From Eledone cirrhosa (Eukaryota): DNA of 64,000 bases. The notes beneath the pieces were generated by a model, which saw nothing but the letters and a program-made list of their open reading frames with translations, ran no database searches and was not told the DNA's origin. Below are positions 47,926 to 61,799 of this stretch, piece after piece. Where the stretch lies: positions 90,892,001 to 90,956,000 of the forward strand of contig OZ024743.1 of the NCBI GenBank assembly GCA_964016885.1, given 5' to 3'. The position numbers and the translations under genes are program-made. Each line of letters starts with the position of its first letter. Position 1 is the first letter of the stretch.

Positions 47926-48840
47926 ACGGGGTTTTCTTTTTTGTTGTTTTTTTAATTGTTATTATCATGAGTGGTTCCTTAATGTGAGCATTGCGTGGCT
48001 TAAGAATGAAATTATTATTAACAATATAATATACTTTTTGCTGAAGTTGCCTGTTATTGTTTTTGGCTATGTCGGTGGTGGTGCTGGGGCTTTTTCTATT
48101 GTTGGTGGGGAAGGGGGGACCCAGCAGTGCCATAGTCGTTGACGTTTGACCGAGTCACTAAGTCAGTCTATTTATATCTTTTGCTAGACTCTCTCTTGTC
48201 TAGTGATACCGCCACCTTCCCCTTTCTTAAGTTACCAGAAGATAGTGGGGGAATAGTGGTGGTAGCAATGAAGGAGTGGTGGCGGCGGTGACTATGGTGA
48301 TGGCGTTGTCGTTACTGAGTTTTGTTGAATAGACTGTAGTAGTATGCGTTTGTTTGATCTGTGTATCTATGCGGTTTGTCGCGTATGTTTAATATATGTG
48401 TTTACATATTTCTTTAATATTTGAATTAAACATTTTGAGAAAACTTGAGATACAATAATAGTAATTATTATTATTATGCTGGGATTGGTGGTGGTGGTGG
48501 TGAAATTGCCGTTATCTGGCTGTTGTATTTAGTGTACACAGAGGGGTGATGGGATAGGTGGTGTATCTAGTTTGTGGTGTTGGTGAAATTGCTGTTATCT
48601 GGCTGTTCTATATAGTGTAGACAGAGGGGGTTTTCTACCATTTATAACCATTTTCTTTTTTGAATATAAAATTTATAATACAAAATTGAATGTTTGAGTG
48701 ATATAACAAGATATGATGGATCCGAATTTTCTGAGAGCTGAGTCTGGTGCTTTATGTCTCATTTGTACTAAGAATTGTTATATCACAATTGTTTTAAATA
48801 TGTTAAAAATAAAAAAATCACGGGAGCGATTTCATACTAT

Positions 48841-50640
48841 TCTATCCACCACGTGCGGATGCCCTCTTGTACGTATTGGCTCTCGAGCCGTTACTGCACA
48901 AACTGGGGGCGATGAGGGGCGTCCCACGCGAACTAGGATGCGGGAAATCCGAGTCGGCTTGCGCCGACGACATTACTGTGGTGATGTCGAGCACCAGACA
49001 CGTCCAGATGCTCGGCACCGCTCTCAAGGAATACGAAGCTGTGACAGGAGCAAAGATAAACCAAGAAAAGCCGGTGGGCTTGCAGCTCGGCACATGGAGA
49101 GGCAAGTCCATGCCGTCCGACAGCGCCGTGGGGCGTTGGACGGACGGACCGGTTAAATTGCTCGGAGTCTGGTTCGGACCAGTTTTCCTCCATCTGGAAC
49201 GAGGTGACGAGCAGGGTGGCCTCCCTCACCCAGAAATGGGCCGAGAGGAAGCTGTCCCTGAAAGGCCGGGCGGAGGTGGCGAATGCGTGCATCGCATCCG
49301 TCACCTGCTACCGCCTCACCGTCGTCCCTTGCCCGACCCAACTCTCACCAAAATGGAGCGCCTCCTCTTCCGCTTTTTGTGGAAGGGATGCGCTCCCATG
49401 GTCAGACGATCCATCGGCTGTCAACACCCGTTGCGTGGAACACTAGGTATTCCATGGCTGATGATGCGAAAACATGCGCTGAGACTGCGACATCTCTGAT
49501 GCTTCCTTGACGGTGAACAGGTGTGGTCGCCGTTCGCCAGGCACGTTTTCCCACAGTTCGTCTCCTTGGCGAAACTGCAGTCCTGGGTCAGGAAAAGACC
49601 GAGAGATAGCGCTTGGAAACTGGAATGTCTCCAGGCGCTTACTGCCCTCTGCCAGCTGGGCACCAGTATTGGTGGAACATCCACCTCGGCGTTCTATAAA
49701 GGACAAGTGTAGGGGAAGAGCGACGACGTTCTCGGAGAGATCCTGGGCGTCGAAGAAAATGAGCTGTTTGCTCTCTTCCGGAGAACTTTCAGCCCAGGGC
49801 CTATGGATAACTTCCAAAAATCCCTGGCCTGGCAGGGCTACCGGGGAGCTTTGCCGGTTTGAGATAAGCTCTACAGGCACGGAAGTGCCGTCAGCCGAGC
49901 TTGTCCGAGATGCGCGCAGAGCGACGAAACCGTCGTGCACGCCCTCGTTCAGTACCCGAACATTGCTGACTTGTGAACTATGTCGAACGGTTGCTGTCGC
50001 GTGTGGGACTGATCCGGTTATCGACTGAGTCCATTGTGCAGATGGTCTCGCCGTCTTCCTTCGAGGAGGAAGGGCAAGCGGTTTTCATCTGCCTGGTGGC
50101 CATGGCGAAAGAGATTGTGTGGTGGACAAGATTAAAAGGGTTAAAGACAGACACTTTCCTCTCCGGTGAATCCCTAATTAACTTTTTCAAGTTTCACTTG
50201 AAGAGGAAAATCAGGGTGGAGAGGCAAGTGCTGCCTTCTAGCAAGTTTGTTGAAAGGTGGGTGAATGTAGGGAGAATGGTCTGAGTGAACGGGACCGCTC
50301 TGAATATACGCCTGTAGTTTGAGAAATTGAAAAATTGAGAGAGGGCGCTTGCCCTGGTGGTCAGTGTGGCCGTGGTCTTTTGTGTGGTTTTCGCCACGAG
50401 TAACCCTCGGAGGTTTCCCCCCTATTGGGGAATTTTTCATTGTTTGAATTTTCATTTTTATTGTTTATATATATATATGTTTCTATGTCTTTTTTCTTTT
50501 TCGTTTCTTATATAAATAATAAAAATCTTTACACGCACAAAACCCACATCGTACCGTCCTGTACCGTCCTGTACCGTCTGTAATGTTTTTCTTGATGTCA
50601 GCCTTTGTGGCCAATAAAGAAATCATTATTATTATTATTA
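48841..50640 (+). mobile_element. Tx1/L1-clade LINE 3' portion with 3' UTR and (ATT)n tail, degenerate
   Basis: Homologous to 1075-2190; ends aataaagaaatcattattattatt. Confidence 0.92.
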
Positions 50641-50671
50641 CTAATTTAATGATTTTCATTTATATTTCTAG

Positions 50672-50755
50672 TATGTATGCGAATTCTGTTAAGAAGTGGC
50701 AACATTGCAATACGCGTCAAATTCTTATATTTCACACTCCTTTCGGAAACCATCA
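50672..50755 (+). CDS. Coding exon 3 (84 nt, phase 1/1): LCMRILLRSGNIAIRVKFLYFTLLSETI
   Basis: Acceptor ttttcatttatatttctag, consensus donor GTAAGT, phase-compatible with exons 2 and 4. Confidence 0.87.
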
Positions 50756-50799
50756 GTAAGTATAACTACACTGTCATTATTATTACTATTATTATTATA

Positions 50800-51190
50800 A
50801 GGGCAACGGATTGGCAGTATCGGTAGGGCGTCGGACAACATGTTTCGCAGCATAGAGTTACGGTCCTTTATGATCTGAGTTCAAATCCCGCCGAGGTTAA
50901 CTTTGCCTTTCATCCTTACGGGGTCGATAAAATAAAGTACCAGTCACGCACTGGCGTCGATTTAATCGTCTTTCCCCTCCCCCCAAAATTGCTGGCCTTG
51001 TGCCTCTATAAGAAACTAGGATTGGCAGTAACGGTAGAGCCTCAGACACCATTCTTTGTCGCATAGAGTTATGCCCCTTTACGCCGAGGTTAACTTTGCC
51101 TTTCATCCTTACGGGGTCGATAACATAAAGCCCAAGTAATGCACTGCGGTAATTGGTGGCCTTGTGCCAAAAGTAGAATAAGTATTATTA
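50800..51190 (+). mobile_element. Two tandem tRNA-derived SINE copies
   Basis: A box tggcagtatcgg, B box gagttcaaatcc. Confidence 0.87.
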
Positions 51191-51358
51191 ATTTTTGGTT
51201 ATTGCATGTCGTCACTGTATTACCGAGCACAGATCTGTGCGTCTTGAGTATGTGCAGTTTTGATTTTGGTGTTTGAGAGTACTCTTTGTAATATGTGCAC
51301 AGTGCCTAGCAATGCTATTTTCTGTATGCTGTATATATTTAAAAGTTCTATGGTTTTA

Positions 51359-51417
<59 letters not shown>

Positions 51418-52249
51418 TCATGTCTTTCCAATAGGGATGGAAACTATTTAAACTGAACATCAACGACATCAATCTCCAAGGTCTATGTAAAGGGGAAAGA
51501 GGAGGTGGTGGTGTTGGTGTTTGTTGTTGTTGGTGGTGGTGGTGGTGTTGTTGGTGGTGGTGTTGTTGGTGCTGTTGGTGGTGCTGGTGGTGTTGTTGGT
51601 GGTGCTATGAAGGCCATGACCACTACCCCTTTCTTCAGATCTACTAAGTAAGAACATACATACATAGAAACATAGAAACATAGAAACATACACATATACA
51701 CACATGCACACATACACATACATACAAAAATACATGCATGCATACATACATACAGCAATAGACATATACACACATATATACATACATACATACATGATGG
51801 CTGCAAACTCTGCTAAGAGTACTGCAATCGCTTGTCAGATTACAGAAAATGGTGCACTTTTAAGCTACGGCCAGCCACACGAACCTGTAACAGATCCTGA
51901 ATAAGCATGGCCTGTGCTTTGAAGGTTTTTTTAAGTGGGGAAAGGCCTTGCACTCGACCAATCCCACTCTCTGAGCATCGAAAACACTACCCTAAAAGGA
52001 GAACTGGTCAACATCATCGGATGCTTCCGAAGCCGCAGGTTTTTTTTTCTGAATTTCACTCCCAGGTGAAAAAAAAAGTACTATTTGTGGATGGCCGTTG
52101 ACTCTGCTGAGTTCCTCCGCCCTTTGCCGTGTCTTGTATTTCATCCCGCAGGGTGTCCAAATATCACCCTCCTCACCAAGCAAGCTTGGTGGGGTTACCG
52201 GTTTATTCGCCGACGGCCCGACCATGAGACATATATACATATATAAATA

Positions 52250-54155
52250 CATACAACACCCTTTGCACAGTCCTGGAATTCATGAGTCAGCATCACAGCA
52301 AAAAATATTGAAAACAGTGTGGGAGCCGGGATATCTCCCTGCTTAATACCATTATTAACTGGGATTTCATTGGACAAGTCTCCATTCAAGACAACCCGAG
52401 CATTTATATTTCTGTGCAGTCGGACGAATATATCAATAAACTTTGGTGGGCACCCTATTTTCCCTAATATTTTCCACAGTGCACCTCTGTTCTCCTTATC
52501 AAAGGCCTTTGTCAGATCAACAAAAACCTGATACAGAGGAACCTGCTGTTCAATACATTTATCCTGGATCTGCCTTGCAGAGAAGATCATATCAATCGTC
52601 CCTCTGCCAGATCTAAAGCCACTTTGTGATTCAAGGATTACTGTAGGAAAAATGTCCTCCATCAACCTGTTCAACAATAATCTAGCAATAACTTTGCCCA
52701 CAGACTCCAACAGAGTGATGTCACGGCAGTGATCGCAGATTCCTTTATCCCCTTTACCTTTAAACAAGGTCACCAAGATACCATCTATCCAATCTTGTGA
52801 TATAGGAGCTCCAGCCCAGCACTCTGTGATGAGATGGAGTATTGTTTTTGTTATGTTATTACCAACCTTTAACAATTCCACAGGGATTCCATCTGATCCA
52901 GGTACTTTACCCGTGTTTAACTTGTTGATGGCCGTTTTAACCTCATTATAATCTGGTAATCGATCCATTTTAAAATGTACAACACATTGGGGGATGCCAT
53001 CTCGCACATCATGGTCAACTGATGATGGATTATCAAATAAAGCAGTGAAATGTTCTTGCCAATGCTTAAGGATTTTCTCTGATGCTTTGATGATGGCAGT
53101 GTCGTCTTTGGACCTAATGGGAACAATAGACAAAGTTGTTGGACCTTATATTGCACTCAAAAGACTATAAAACAGTTTTGAATCCTTTGAGCTATAAGCA
53201 CTTTCAATATCTTCAGAGATCTTCAACCACCGTTTATTTTTAAGCCTTCTCAGCTCACGTTGTCAGGTGGCTTATATTCTTTATATGTCTTTTTAATAGC
53301 AGTTAAATTCGTAGGGTACTCTCCCAGAAGCTTTTCATGAAGAGCATGTTTTTCTTTAATAGTTGCTTGATAACCAGATTATTATCATCAGACCTGTCTT
53401 TATGTTGTTTTTTCGCCCTGAATCCAAGTTCTTCTGCTCGTGCTGTATACAATTGATCCCTGAAGTTTATCCCTGAAGTCAATATTATTCAAACGTTTAT
53501 TCAAAGCCTCACGTACCTCTTGTTGTTTTAACTTTCCAACATCAATACGCTTCAGTGTTTTGATCCCACACATACGAGTTTTTTTCTGAATACGTAATTT
53601 AAACTTACCCCGAACCATCTTATGGTCTGTGTTGCATTCTGCACTACGCATGACGCGCATATTACAGATATTATTCAGGTCGCATCTCCAGGTTACTATG
53701 AAATCTACCATGTGGCCATCTTTTGGACTTGGGTGTATCCAGGTAACTTTATGCTTCTTCTTTTGGCGGAGGAATGTATTGCAAATTGCTAGGTCGAGTT
53801 CCGAACAGAGCTCAAGCAGCTTCAAACCATTGGCATTCATCTTACCGATACCGTAATAGTCTAGTGCATCCCATGTCGGTCTCTGCCAACGCTGGTATTG
53901 AAATCACCAAGAATGATAACTTTTTCTTCGGCTGGAGTAGATGCAATTGTAGCACGAAGGGATTCATAGAATGTCATAATACTTTCTTCACTGGCCTAGA
54001 GAGTTGGAGCATAAACTGAGAGAATTGTTGCACATCTCCCACATCCAAGTGGAATGCGCGACTTCATTATACGGTCACTGATTCTAGAAGGGCACTCTAA
54101 GTGTTGTGCTAAAGTTTCTCACACTGCAAAACCTACACCACCATAGCGCCCACTT
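52250..54155 (-). mobile_element. RTE-clade LINE fragment (APE endonuclease to RT N-half), degenerate
   Basis: NANGLKLL, TWIHP..H..DF, TDH, GKVPGSDGIP, ESQSGFRSGRGTIDMIF, FVDLTKAFD, GIKQGD..APTLF. Confidence 0.9.
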
Positions 54156-54169
54156 TCAGAACCTCTGCT

Positions 54170-54318
54170 TTAAGACTTACTTTTTTTTTTATAGTTTGTA
54201 TTTGTGTCCCTTAGTCGTAGCTTGGTTAACATTCTTTTCAAATAAGTTTGAAACTTCTGGATCATATTTATCGTGCAATATCTTATATACTTCTATCAGA
54301 TCCCCTCTCAAACCACTG
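54170..54318 (-). mobile_element. CR1-clade LINE C-terminal fragment
   Basis: LRGDLIEVYKIL....TKGHKYKL motif. Confidence 0.75.
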
Positions 54319-54337
54319 TAAACATATTTTTTAAAAG

Positions 54338-54665
54338 ATAGGAGCACTCCGTCGGTTACGACGACGAGTGTTCCAGTTGGTGCGATCAAAGGAAGAGCCT
54401 GCTCGTGAAATTAACGTGAAAGTGGCTGAGCATTCCACAAACACACGTACCCATAACATAGTTCTCAGGGAGATTCAGCATGACACAGAATGTGAAAAGG
54501 CTGGCCCTTCGGATTACAAGTTCAACCCATTTTTGCCAGCTGAGTGAACTGGAGCATCGTGAAATAATGTGTCTTGCTCAAGGACACAACACACCGCAGG
54601 GAATCGAAGTCACGACCTTACGATCGTGAGCCAAATACCCTAACCACAAAGCCACGTGCCTTCAC
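54338..54665 (-). mobile_element. Second tRNA-derived SINE family; related diverged copies ~33700-33870 and ~61480-61770
   Basis: Revcomp begins gtgaaggcacgtggctttgtggttagggtatt (A box), ..cttcgattcc (B-box-like), gtgtccttgagcaagacac central domain. Confidence 0.78.
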
Positions 54666-54832
54666 AAACATACAAACATACACACATTCAACAACAATAA
54701 CAACACTACAACAGCAACAGAAGATTAAAAATTAAAATTTAAAATAAATAAATAAAAATAAAAATAAGAAAACCACAAAACAATACCTTCGTCTTTGACA
54801 TTTAATTTTTTTTTTTTCATATTTTATTGCAG

Positions 54833-55008
54833 AGGGTGCTGTTACCAAAACGTTCACTTTTCGTCTAGGGTATTTTAAATGCTGGTTAACGGTCTCCGTG
54901 AAAACCATCACAAGCCATTTTGCTAACGTATGTTTCAGTGTCAAATATCAAATATTCCATCGCATAAGAGAAGATTATTTAGGTTGCTTTAGTAGAAATT
55001 TCGCATAA
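54833..55008 (+). CDS. Terminal coding exon 4: KGAVTKTFTFRLGYFKCWLTVSVKTITSHFANVCFSVKYQIFHRIREDYLGCFSRNFA*
   Basis: Strong polypyrimidine acceptor ..ttttcatattttattgcag; A+AG=Lys; stop TAA 55006-55008; paralogous to 6298-6491. Confidence 0.87.
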
Positions 55009-55231
55009 ATCAACATAACCAGGAGAACCTCTTCAAGTATTTCAACACGAACGCTGGCAATCTCATAAAGATGCAAAAGTTTGAAACTGAAATATTTTAT
55101 GGTTTAGAAAAACCTCTCTGAAAATTCTATTTGAAAATCCTATTTTAAAAGCTATTTCATAGCATCTTCGCGTACGAGCTCATCACACAGACACAGACAC
55201 ACACACAGACAGACACAGACACACACACACA

Positions 55232-55267
<36 letters not shown>

Positions 55268-55302
55268 TGTATGTATGTATGTATGTATGTATGTATGTAT
55301 GT

Positions 55303-55497
55303 ATAGGAAAAAGTATGACCCCGACGGCAGAGCTCAAGCCATTTCGACGGCTATTTCAGTCCAGAAATAGCCGTCGAAACGGCTTGAGCTCTGCCGTCGG
55401 GGTCATACTTTTTCCTATTTCCCACTCTACTACCCTAAGTATTGAGTACTCTGGTGCGTTATGGTCCATCTGGTTTCTTACCACAATTCCTTTGTTA
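55303..55497. repeat. Second copy of hairpin-plus-tail element (family K)
   Basis: Revcomp of 13997-14196; palindrome 55303-55418. Confidence 0.85.
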
Positions 55498-55814
55498 TAT
55501 ATATATATATATATATATGGCTGGGAGTGAAGGACCCCTAGCCTTTGTCAAGGCATTCTTCTAGGAGAGGACAACTCAGGAAACTGGGATAACTCCGACA
55601 TAAAACCTGCGGCTCAGTAGTTACCGATGATGTTGATCTTTTTTTCTTTTCGGGTTATAGCTACTGTCGCTCAGAGAGTGGAACTGGCTCAGTGCACAGT
55701 CTTTCCTCGCTTTAAAAAAAAAATCTTCACGCTCAGGCATTGCACGATAGCATTAATTGATAATAATTAATAATGCTATATCGTGCAATGTCCATACTCT
55801 ATAACGAGGAGACA

Positions 55815-55854
<40 letters not shown>

Positions 55855-55881
55855 TATCTAATGATTCTATGGACATATTAT

Positions 55882-55934
<53 letters not shown>

Positions 55935-55937
<3 letters not shown>

Positions 55938-56612
55938 TAAACGGAATAGAAAATGCTGACAAATTGTTCACAGTGAAAAATAGTTTAATTAGGAATAAGT
56001 GAGAATTAGTAATAGTATTGGTTAGTATTGAGTTTTGGGTTTTACCGGTTGCGTATTTCTAATGCTTTTCAAAAATAATTTTGAGATAGAGCGTCCGTGA
56101 TGTTTGCTCTGATCTGATTAGTTTTGGGAATTCTACCTGTTTTTATGTTAAAAAAGTGGCTCCAGCGGTATTAAAATAAGTTTTGCGCCAATTCGTGTTG
56201 CAAAAATTCTTGTGGTCAAAACAATTTTGATTGGTCGGTAGAGGTCATGTAAATGTAAAAAATTGATTTGAAAGTGAGGTTTTTTTTTACAAAATGAAAA
56301 ATAACCGAGGTGTCCTACACGAGTGAAAGTATAAAGAAAAAGAGATGAAATCGAAAATGCAACTGGAGTCTTATTTTAAAAAAATATATATATATTTATT
56401 TGGTTCCTTTACCGGTTTCGCAGTTCTTCTGCTTTTCAAAAGGTGAGTTGAGATGGTGGGTCTGTGGTGAAAAACCACAGACCCTCCATCTCAACTCACC
56501 TTTTGAAAAGCAGAAGAACTGCGAAACCGGTAAAGGAACCAAATAAATATATATATTTTTTTTTAAAATAAGACTCCAGTTGCATTTTCGATTTCATCTC
56601 TTTTTCTTTATA
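55935..56612. mobile_element. Diverged Neptune-like pLTR (minus) followed by a head-to-head pLTR palindrome (56270-56612) with two intact HHRs
   Basis: Matches 27233-27602 family; centre tctgtggt-gaaa-aaccacaga. Confidence 0.85.
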
Positions 56613-58140
56613 TATATATATATATATTATATATATAAGTTGGAGTCTACTTTCCAAGGCAAAAATCTTACTCTGGAGGACGCCGTTCGTGCAATTTATG
56701 CTCGGGGGAAACGATTCAATGCTGTTTGCAAAGGACCAATTGATAAACAAAAAGGATAAACCCGTTACTTCGTGTAAACACAGAATATATAGGACATATC
56801 TTACCTTCAAAACCCCTCAGGATCCAGATGGGTAGATCTCGGCTTCGTTTCCTTCCCAATTACAGACTAAAATAGAGGAAACCCCAAGCATCCTTAGGTA
56901 GAAACAGAATTTTTTCTTTGTTATTTACACTTTCTCAATAGCCTTAGGTGGATCTTTTCATACTTACACTATTTCAAAAAGTTCCTAATCTTCCTTAGGT
57001 AAACCCGGATTATATTCACTCTTGCTAAAATATACATATAGCCCTATGGAACTGGCCAAACAGATAGCTATGATACCTTACTAGACCTATTAACCATAGT
57101 TTAAGCATGATACACAAATTTACTCGTAGGCACTACTGGACAGCTGCTATGGAGTGCACTGTATACAGAGTCAATGTGTATTGGCATATGAACTTATAGT
57201 ATATTAGCGCTTAAGCACCACCACTACCTATAGCGCCTGACCTGTTAAAGAAACCTATTAGCCAAACTTCAATGTTTTTTTCCTTTTGGTAATGTTTGCC
57301 GATAGCTCTGAAATTCATGTTAAATTGACACTTTCAGGCCTTTTGAGGAATATAAAGAATATTTATAACAGTACTAGAGAAGAGATGAGTACTGTCTTTA
57401 AGACTACGGGTGGATTTTTGTTTGTTGGGGGGGGGGGGTGAATATAAAAGAAACAACAAGTAAATTAGTGTACGAGGTGCCCTTCCCGGGACTCAGATTA
57501 AATGATCACTAGATTTCTTTATCAGGAACTGAATTAGTAATAACATATAAATGCTTGGCTTTTTAGCCAGGTGTTACATAAGTCAAACTTAACATAAATA
57601 CTCTACGCTACCCACTTTGACTTATACACGTGGATAATATATTTTTTCTTTCGTTTTTTTTATCCTTTTGAATTGAAGTTTACCGTTTCTACAGATTATA
57701 GATAGTAATATAGGATAAAATATCTCCTAATGCTATGCGTGCACGCCTGACTGGGTTACCATCCTCAGGTCAGTCTGCCTTCTTACCCCTTCCCCCTTGT
57801 ATTTCGGCCTATTTACCCACCCACCCACCTGCCGCTGCTATGAGGGTAATAAACTATGTATGTACACGACATTCCAGATAACTGACCACTCCCCATGACA
57901 GACAAGAAAAACAACAAACTTTTAAGATTTTTGCTTGGATTTTTTGGCTTTGACTGCATGCCCATATATGAACTTTACGCCTTGTTAATTCACCTAGATT
58001 CCCGCCGTTCTAATACTGGTGGCTTAGTTCGGATCTTGCTGTCGAAACGGCCGGAGCTCAGCTCTCGCGGTCCTGAATCTTTTCATAATACTTACTCTAC
58101 TATCCCAAGTATCGACCCGGTATCTTGCCACACCCTCTTG

Positions 58141-58178
<38 letters not shown>

Positions 58179-58242
58179 GTTATTCCGGGTTGAATCGGAG
58201 GTAACCACAGTAAGTAAGGTACTCAATACATAGCAGAGTATA

Positions 58243-58367
58243 ATAGTTTTAATATAGATGAGATTCTACAGGACTAGAACTGTTTCATTCATTAGAAATC
58301 ATCAGGAATCCTGATGATTTCTAATGAATGAAACAGTTCTAGTCCTGTAGAATCTCATCTATATTAA

Positions 58368-58373
<6 letters not shown>
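58243..58373. repeat. Perfect ~130-bp palindrome of two back-to-back HHRs (58262-58310 minus, 58306-58354 plus; family H)
   Basis: Centre tcagga-a-tcctga at 58308. Confidence 0.9.
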
Positions 58374-58419
<46 letters not shown>

Positions 58420-58427
<8 letters not shown>

Positions 58428-58915
58428 GTGTACATACTTATATTTAAGTAACAGCCGTACTAAGAGTGGGAAATGAAATTTCGTTTCATTTTTTCCGTTT
58501 ATCGTTTTCGGTGCACCCGGCCGATTGGCCCACTCGATATGCAAATTGGGCTACTCAGCCGTTGATATGCATAGGGTAAGTATATACGTTCAGCGGGGGG
58601 GGGGGTATACGTTGCTGACGATAGCTAATAAGCTTGAAACTAGTACAGCGTTCCTTTGTCAGTGTTGAACAAACGAGCAACGATGGTTGCTAGACACTAC
58701 GGCTTGGTGCGGGATGTTTGTTTACAAACACACCGAGCATTATAATAGATGTTCGGTGAGTCCATACGTACATATATATATGTGTGCATGTATGTATATA
58801 TATATACATACTACTGTACGTCTGTATACATATATCTATGTACGTGTACATGCTTATATTTAAGTGGCAGCCGTACTAAGAGTGAGAAATGAAATTTCGT
58901 TTCATTTTTTCCGTT
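58420..58915 (+). repeat. Family F unit (~1.2 copies) with octamer 58539-58546 and HHR 58609-58651
   Basis: ACGTTG CTGACGA tAGCT-AATA-AGCTt GAAA CTAG TA CAGCGT. Confidence 0.85.
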
Positions 58916-59812
58916 TATATATATATATATATATAAGATTAAGAAATTAACAAATAGAAGACAACGAACGTAAATAAGGGAAAATGAAAAAAAAAATGTA
59001 ATTGGGAATTTTAAGGGGAAGCCTTTAAAAATGTTTTTGGAAAATAAAAAGACAAACGAAAGACACAAAACTCCAAGCTCTTCAGCCGTCGGGATGGGCT
59101 TCTGTCCGTTTCGACTCCTACTGACGGTACTGCTGATCTACCCGAGGTCACAAAGTCTGGCATAAGCCAAAGCGTTGTCCGTGGAGCAAAAGACAAGACA
59201 AAACAATAATTTATAGCAATTAAGCCATAACATGTACACATAGAGTTTTATGTGATGACTGGGAGAAAGTAGTGTGATTTTTATAGCAACGATAGTCTCG
59301 TGAAAAAAATGGGATAAAGAAAGAAAAAAAAAAAGAAAAACGGCAAGAAGAAGAAGGTAAGATAACATGTTAAAAATGCATTGAATTGAAATTATTGTGG
59401 GGAGAAGAAAGAACACATTAGTCACTGATTAGTAATAATAAATTTAGGAAAATTAACAGAGAGAATATAACGAATAAAAACAAGGCAAAAGAAAAAAACA
59501 TGCAAGGGATTTATTTGTATTTAATTGATTCTGGGGAGTTCTGTAGGTATAGAATATTCTTTAACGAAACGGTCGTAAATCCATTAAATGCTATAATAAT
59601 AACCCCTGTTTAATCTTTCGTTTATATATGCTCTGTACTTTGATTAGAAATTTACTCATTGGATTAAACTCTGAACTGTTTAGTACCTATCTTGTTGTGG
59701 AATATAAAATTATATTGAGCTTTAAAAGTGTCTTTGCCTTTATATGGTTTATTATCAACTCATTTAAATTTGTTTATATATATGTAGCAGGTATAAATAG
59801 ATTATTTAGTAT

Positions 59813-60431
59813 TATAGTAATGTGTTATAGTAATGTGCTATAGTAATGTGCTATAGTAATGTGCTATAGTAATGTGTTATAGTAATGTGTTATAGTAATG
59901 TGCTGCAGTAATGTGATATAGTAATGTGTTATAGTAATGTGATATAGTAATGTGATATAGTAATGTGTTATAGTAATGTGTTATAGTAATGTGATATAGT
60001 AATGTGTTATAGTAATGTGATATAGTAATATGTTATAGTAATGTGATATAGTAATGTGTTATAGTAATGTGATATAGTAATGTGATATAGTAATGTGATA
60101 TAGTAATGTGATATAGTAATGTGTTATAGTAATGTGCTATAGTAATGTGTTATAGTAATGTGATATAGTAATGTGATATAGTAATGTGATATAGTAATAT
60201 GTTATAGTAATGTGATATAGTAATGTGTTATAGTAATGTGCTATAGTAATGTGTTATAGTAATGTGATATAGTAATGTGATATAGTAATGTGTTATAGTA
60301 ATGTGATATAGTAATGTGATATAGTAATGTGATATAGTAATGTGTTATAGTAATGTGATATAGTAATGTGTTATTGTAATGTGATATAGTAATGTGTTAT
60401 AGTAATGTGATATAGTAATGTGCTATAGTAT
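59813..60431. repeat. 13-bp minisatellite (tagtaatgtgHta) x~47
   Basis: Direct observation; mainly one variable position (t/a/c). Confidence 0.97.
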
Positions 60432-61799
60432 AAACGTCAGTTACAATACGATAGATTTATGTCATTTAGTAATGAATTAGGACAATGGGATTGATGAGTT
60501 AATATCAGTATACAGCAACTACAACGGCATGCGATGGGGCCCAAAATTATTTAGTTGTTGCTGGTTGTTGGATGTGTTCAACGATTGTAATAGGTATGAA
60601 TTGGATGTGTTGTTGAATGAATTGCTCAGTAGTTCATTGTAGTGTGTGACAGGAATTGTAAGAGTAAACGTTGGCTTGTTGGGTAGAGATATGAATTGAT
60701 CTTTCCCATATAAAGCGTTGTATAGAAAGAGCCCTACCAATTAATATTATTATAATTATTATTGATAATTAGAAAAGTAGGCCGTCCTAATAGAGACTCA
60801 ATATATAATCTATCCACAGAGAAGTCAAATATATAATTTAAAATTCAGATTTGTCATGAAATTCCTGTTCTTGTAGAAAAAAATTGCTAGGAAATCCATG
60901 ATTGCATTGTGTAAATATTGGTCAACAAATATTGGCCATCATTCTGTGTAAAGCGCCGTCATCATATAGTGTAAAGATTTTGAAACTAAAAATGCAGCAC
61001 AGTTTGGGAGGCCATCAATGTTGTTAACACCAGAAATAGTTAATTAAGTCCATAGTCTAACCTAAGAATATCGATGAATCGCGGTTAAATCAATTGTTGA
61101 AATACCAAACATATCCTGGAAATGTTAATAATCTATGAAGATTAGGATATACAAAAGCTGTCAGTGGGTGTCAAAATGATAGAATGTTGATCAGAAATGA
61201 AACCGAGTGTACACCTCAACTAGGAATTACAGTAATTTCAGGGATCTTTTCATATGTTTAGAACGACTTGTCACTGTTGTCGAGGAGGAAAAGTGATGAC
61301 CATTATAATTCGGAAACCAAGCAACAATCATCATTGCAGTGGCAACACGCTGGTCCTCCATGGCCAACGGGATTCAAGTCTTAAAAGTAAACTGGAAATG
61401 TTACCATCACTGTTTTTTGTGAGTCGGGTGGAGGAATAAGGATAAGATGTGATAACTATCTTCCGAAGAGCAAAATCCTATATATCTTTTTTTTCCAAAG
61501 CTTGGAAGCTCAACAGGCCAATGTTTATTCCGGTTTCATTGGCATTAAGCAACTGAGAGTATAATATTCTCCTCCACTCTGGACAGGTCACCAATCCGTC
61601 GTAAGGTTAACTCACAGTAACTGCTGGAAATCATTTTCAGCTTAGCGTACTAGAGCTACGTGAAATAAAGTGTTTTGCTGAAGAACACATTGTACAACCG
61701 AGTCCAGAAATCGAACCCACGTCATTATTATCGTAAGTCCAACGCCAAAAACCGCTAGGCCTGTCCTTCTCAACTAAAGGAAGGTGAAGGGGGGGGGGT

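Noticed and set aside
50800-50900. tRNA genes
   Set aside because: A/B boxes belong to SINE heads; no complete cloverleaf
54928-54933. GTATGT as a splice donor implying a fifth exon
   Set aside because: Reading through gives VCFSVKY..LGCF*, which aligns with the paralog's terminal exon
59813-60431. CRISPR-like array
   Set aside because: Contiguous 13-bp units with no unique spacers; eukaryotic context; no cas genes
60849-61030. Possible further Cys-containing exon
   Set aside because: Weak acceptor, early stops in all frames, no clear similarity to the gene family
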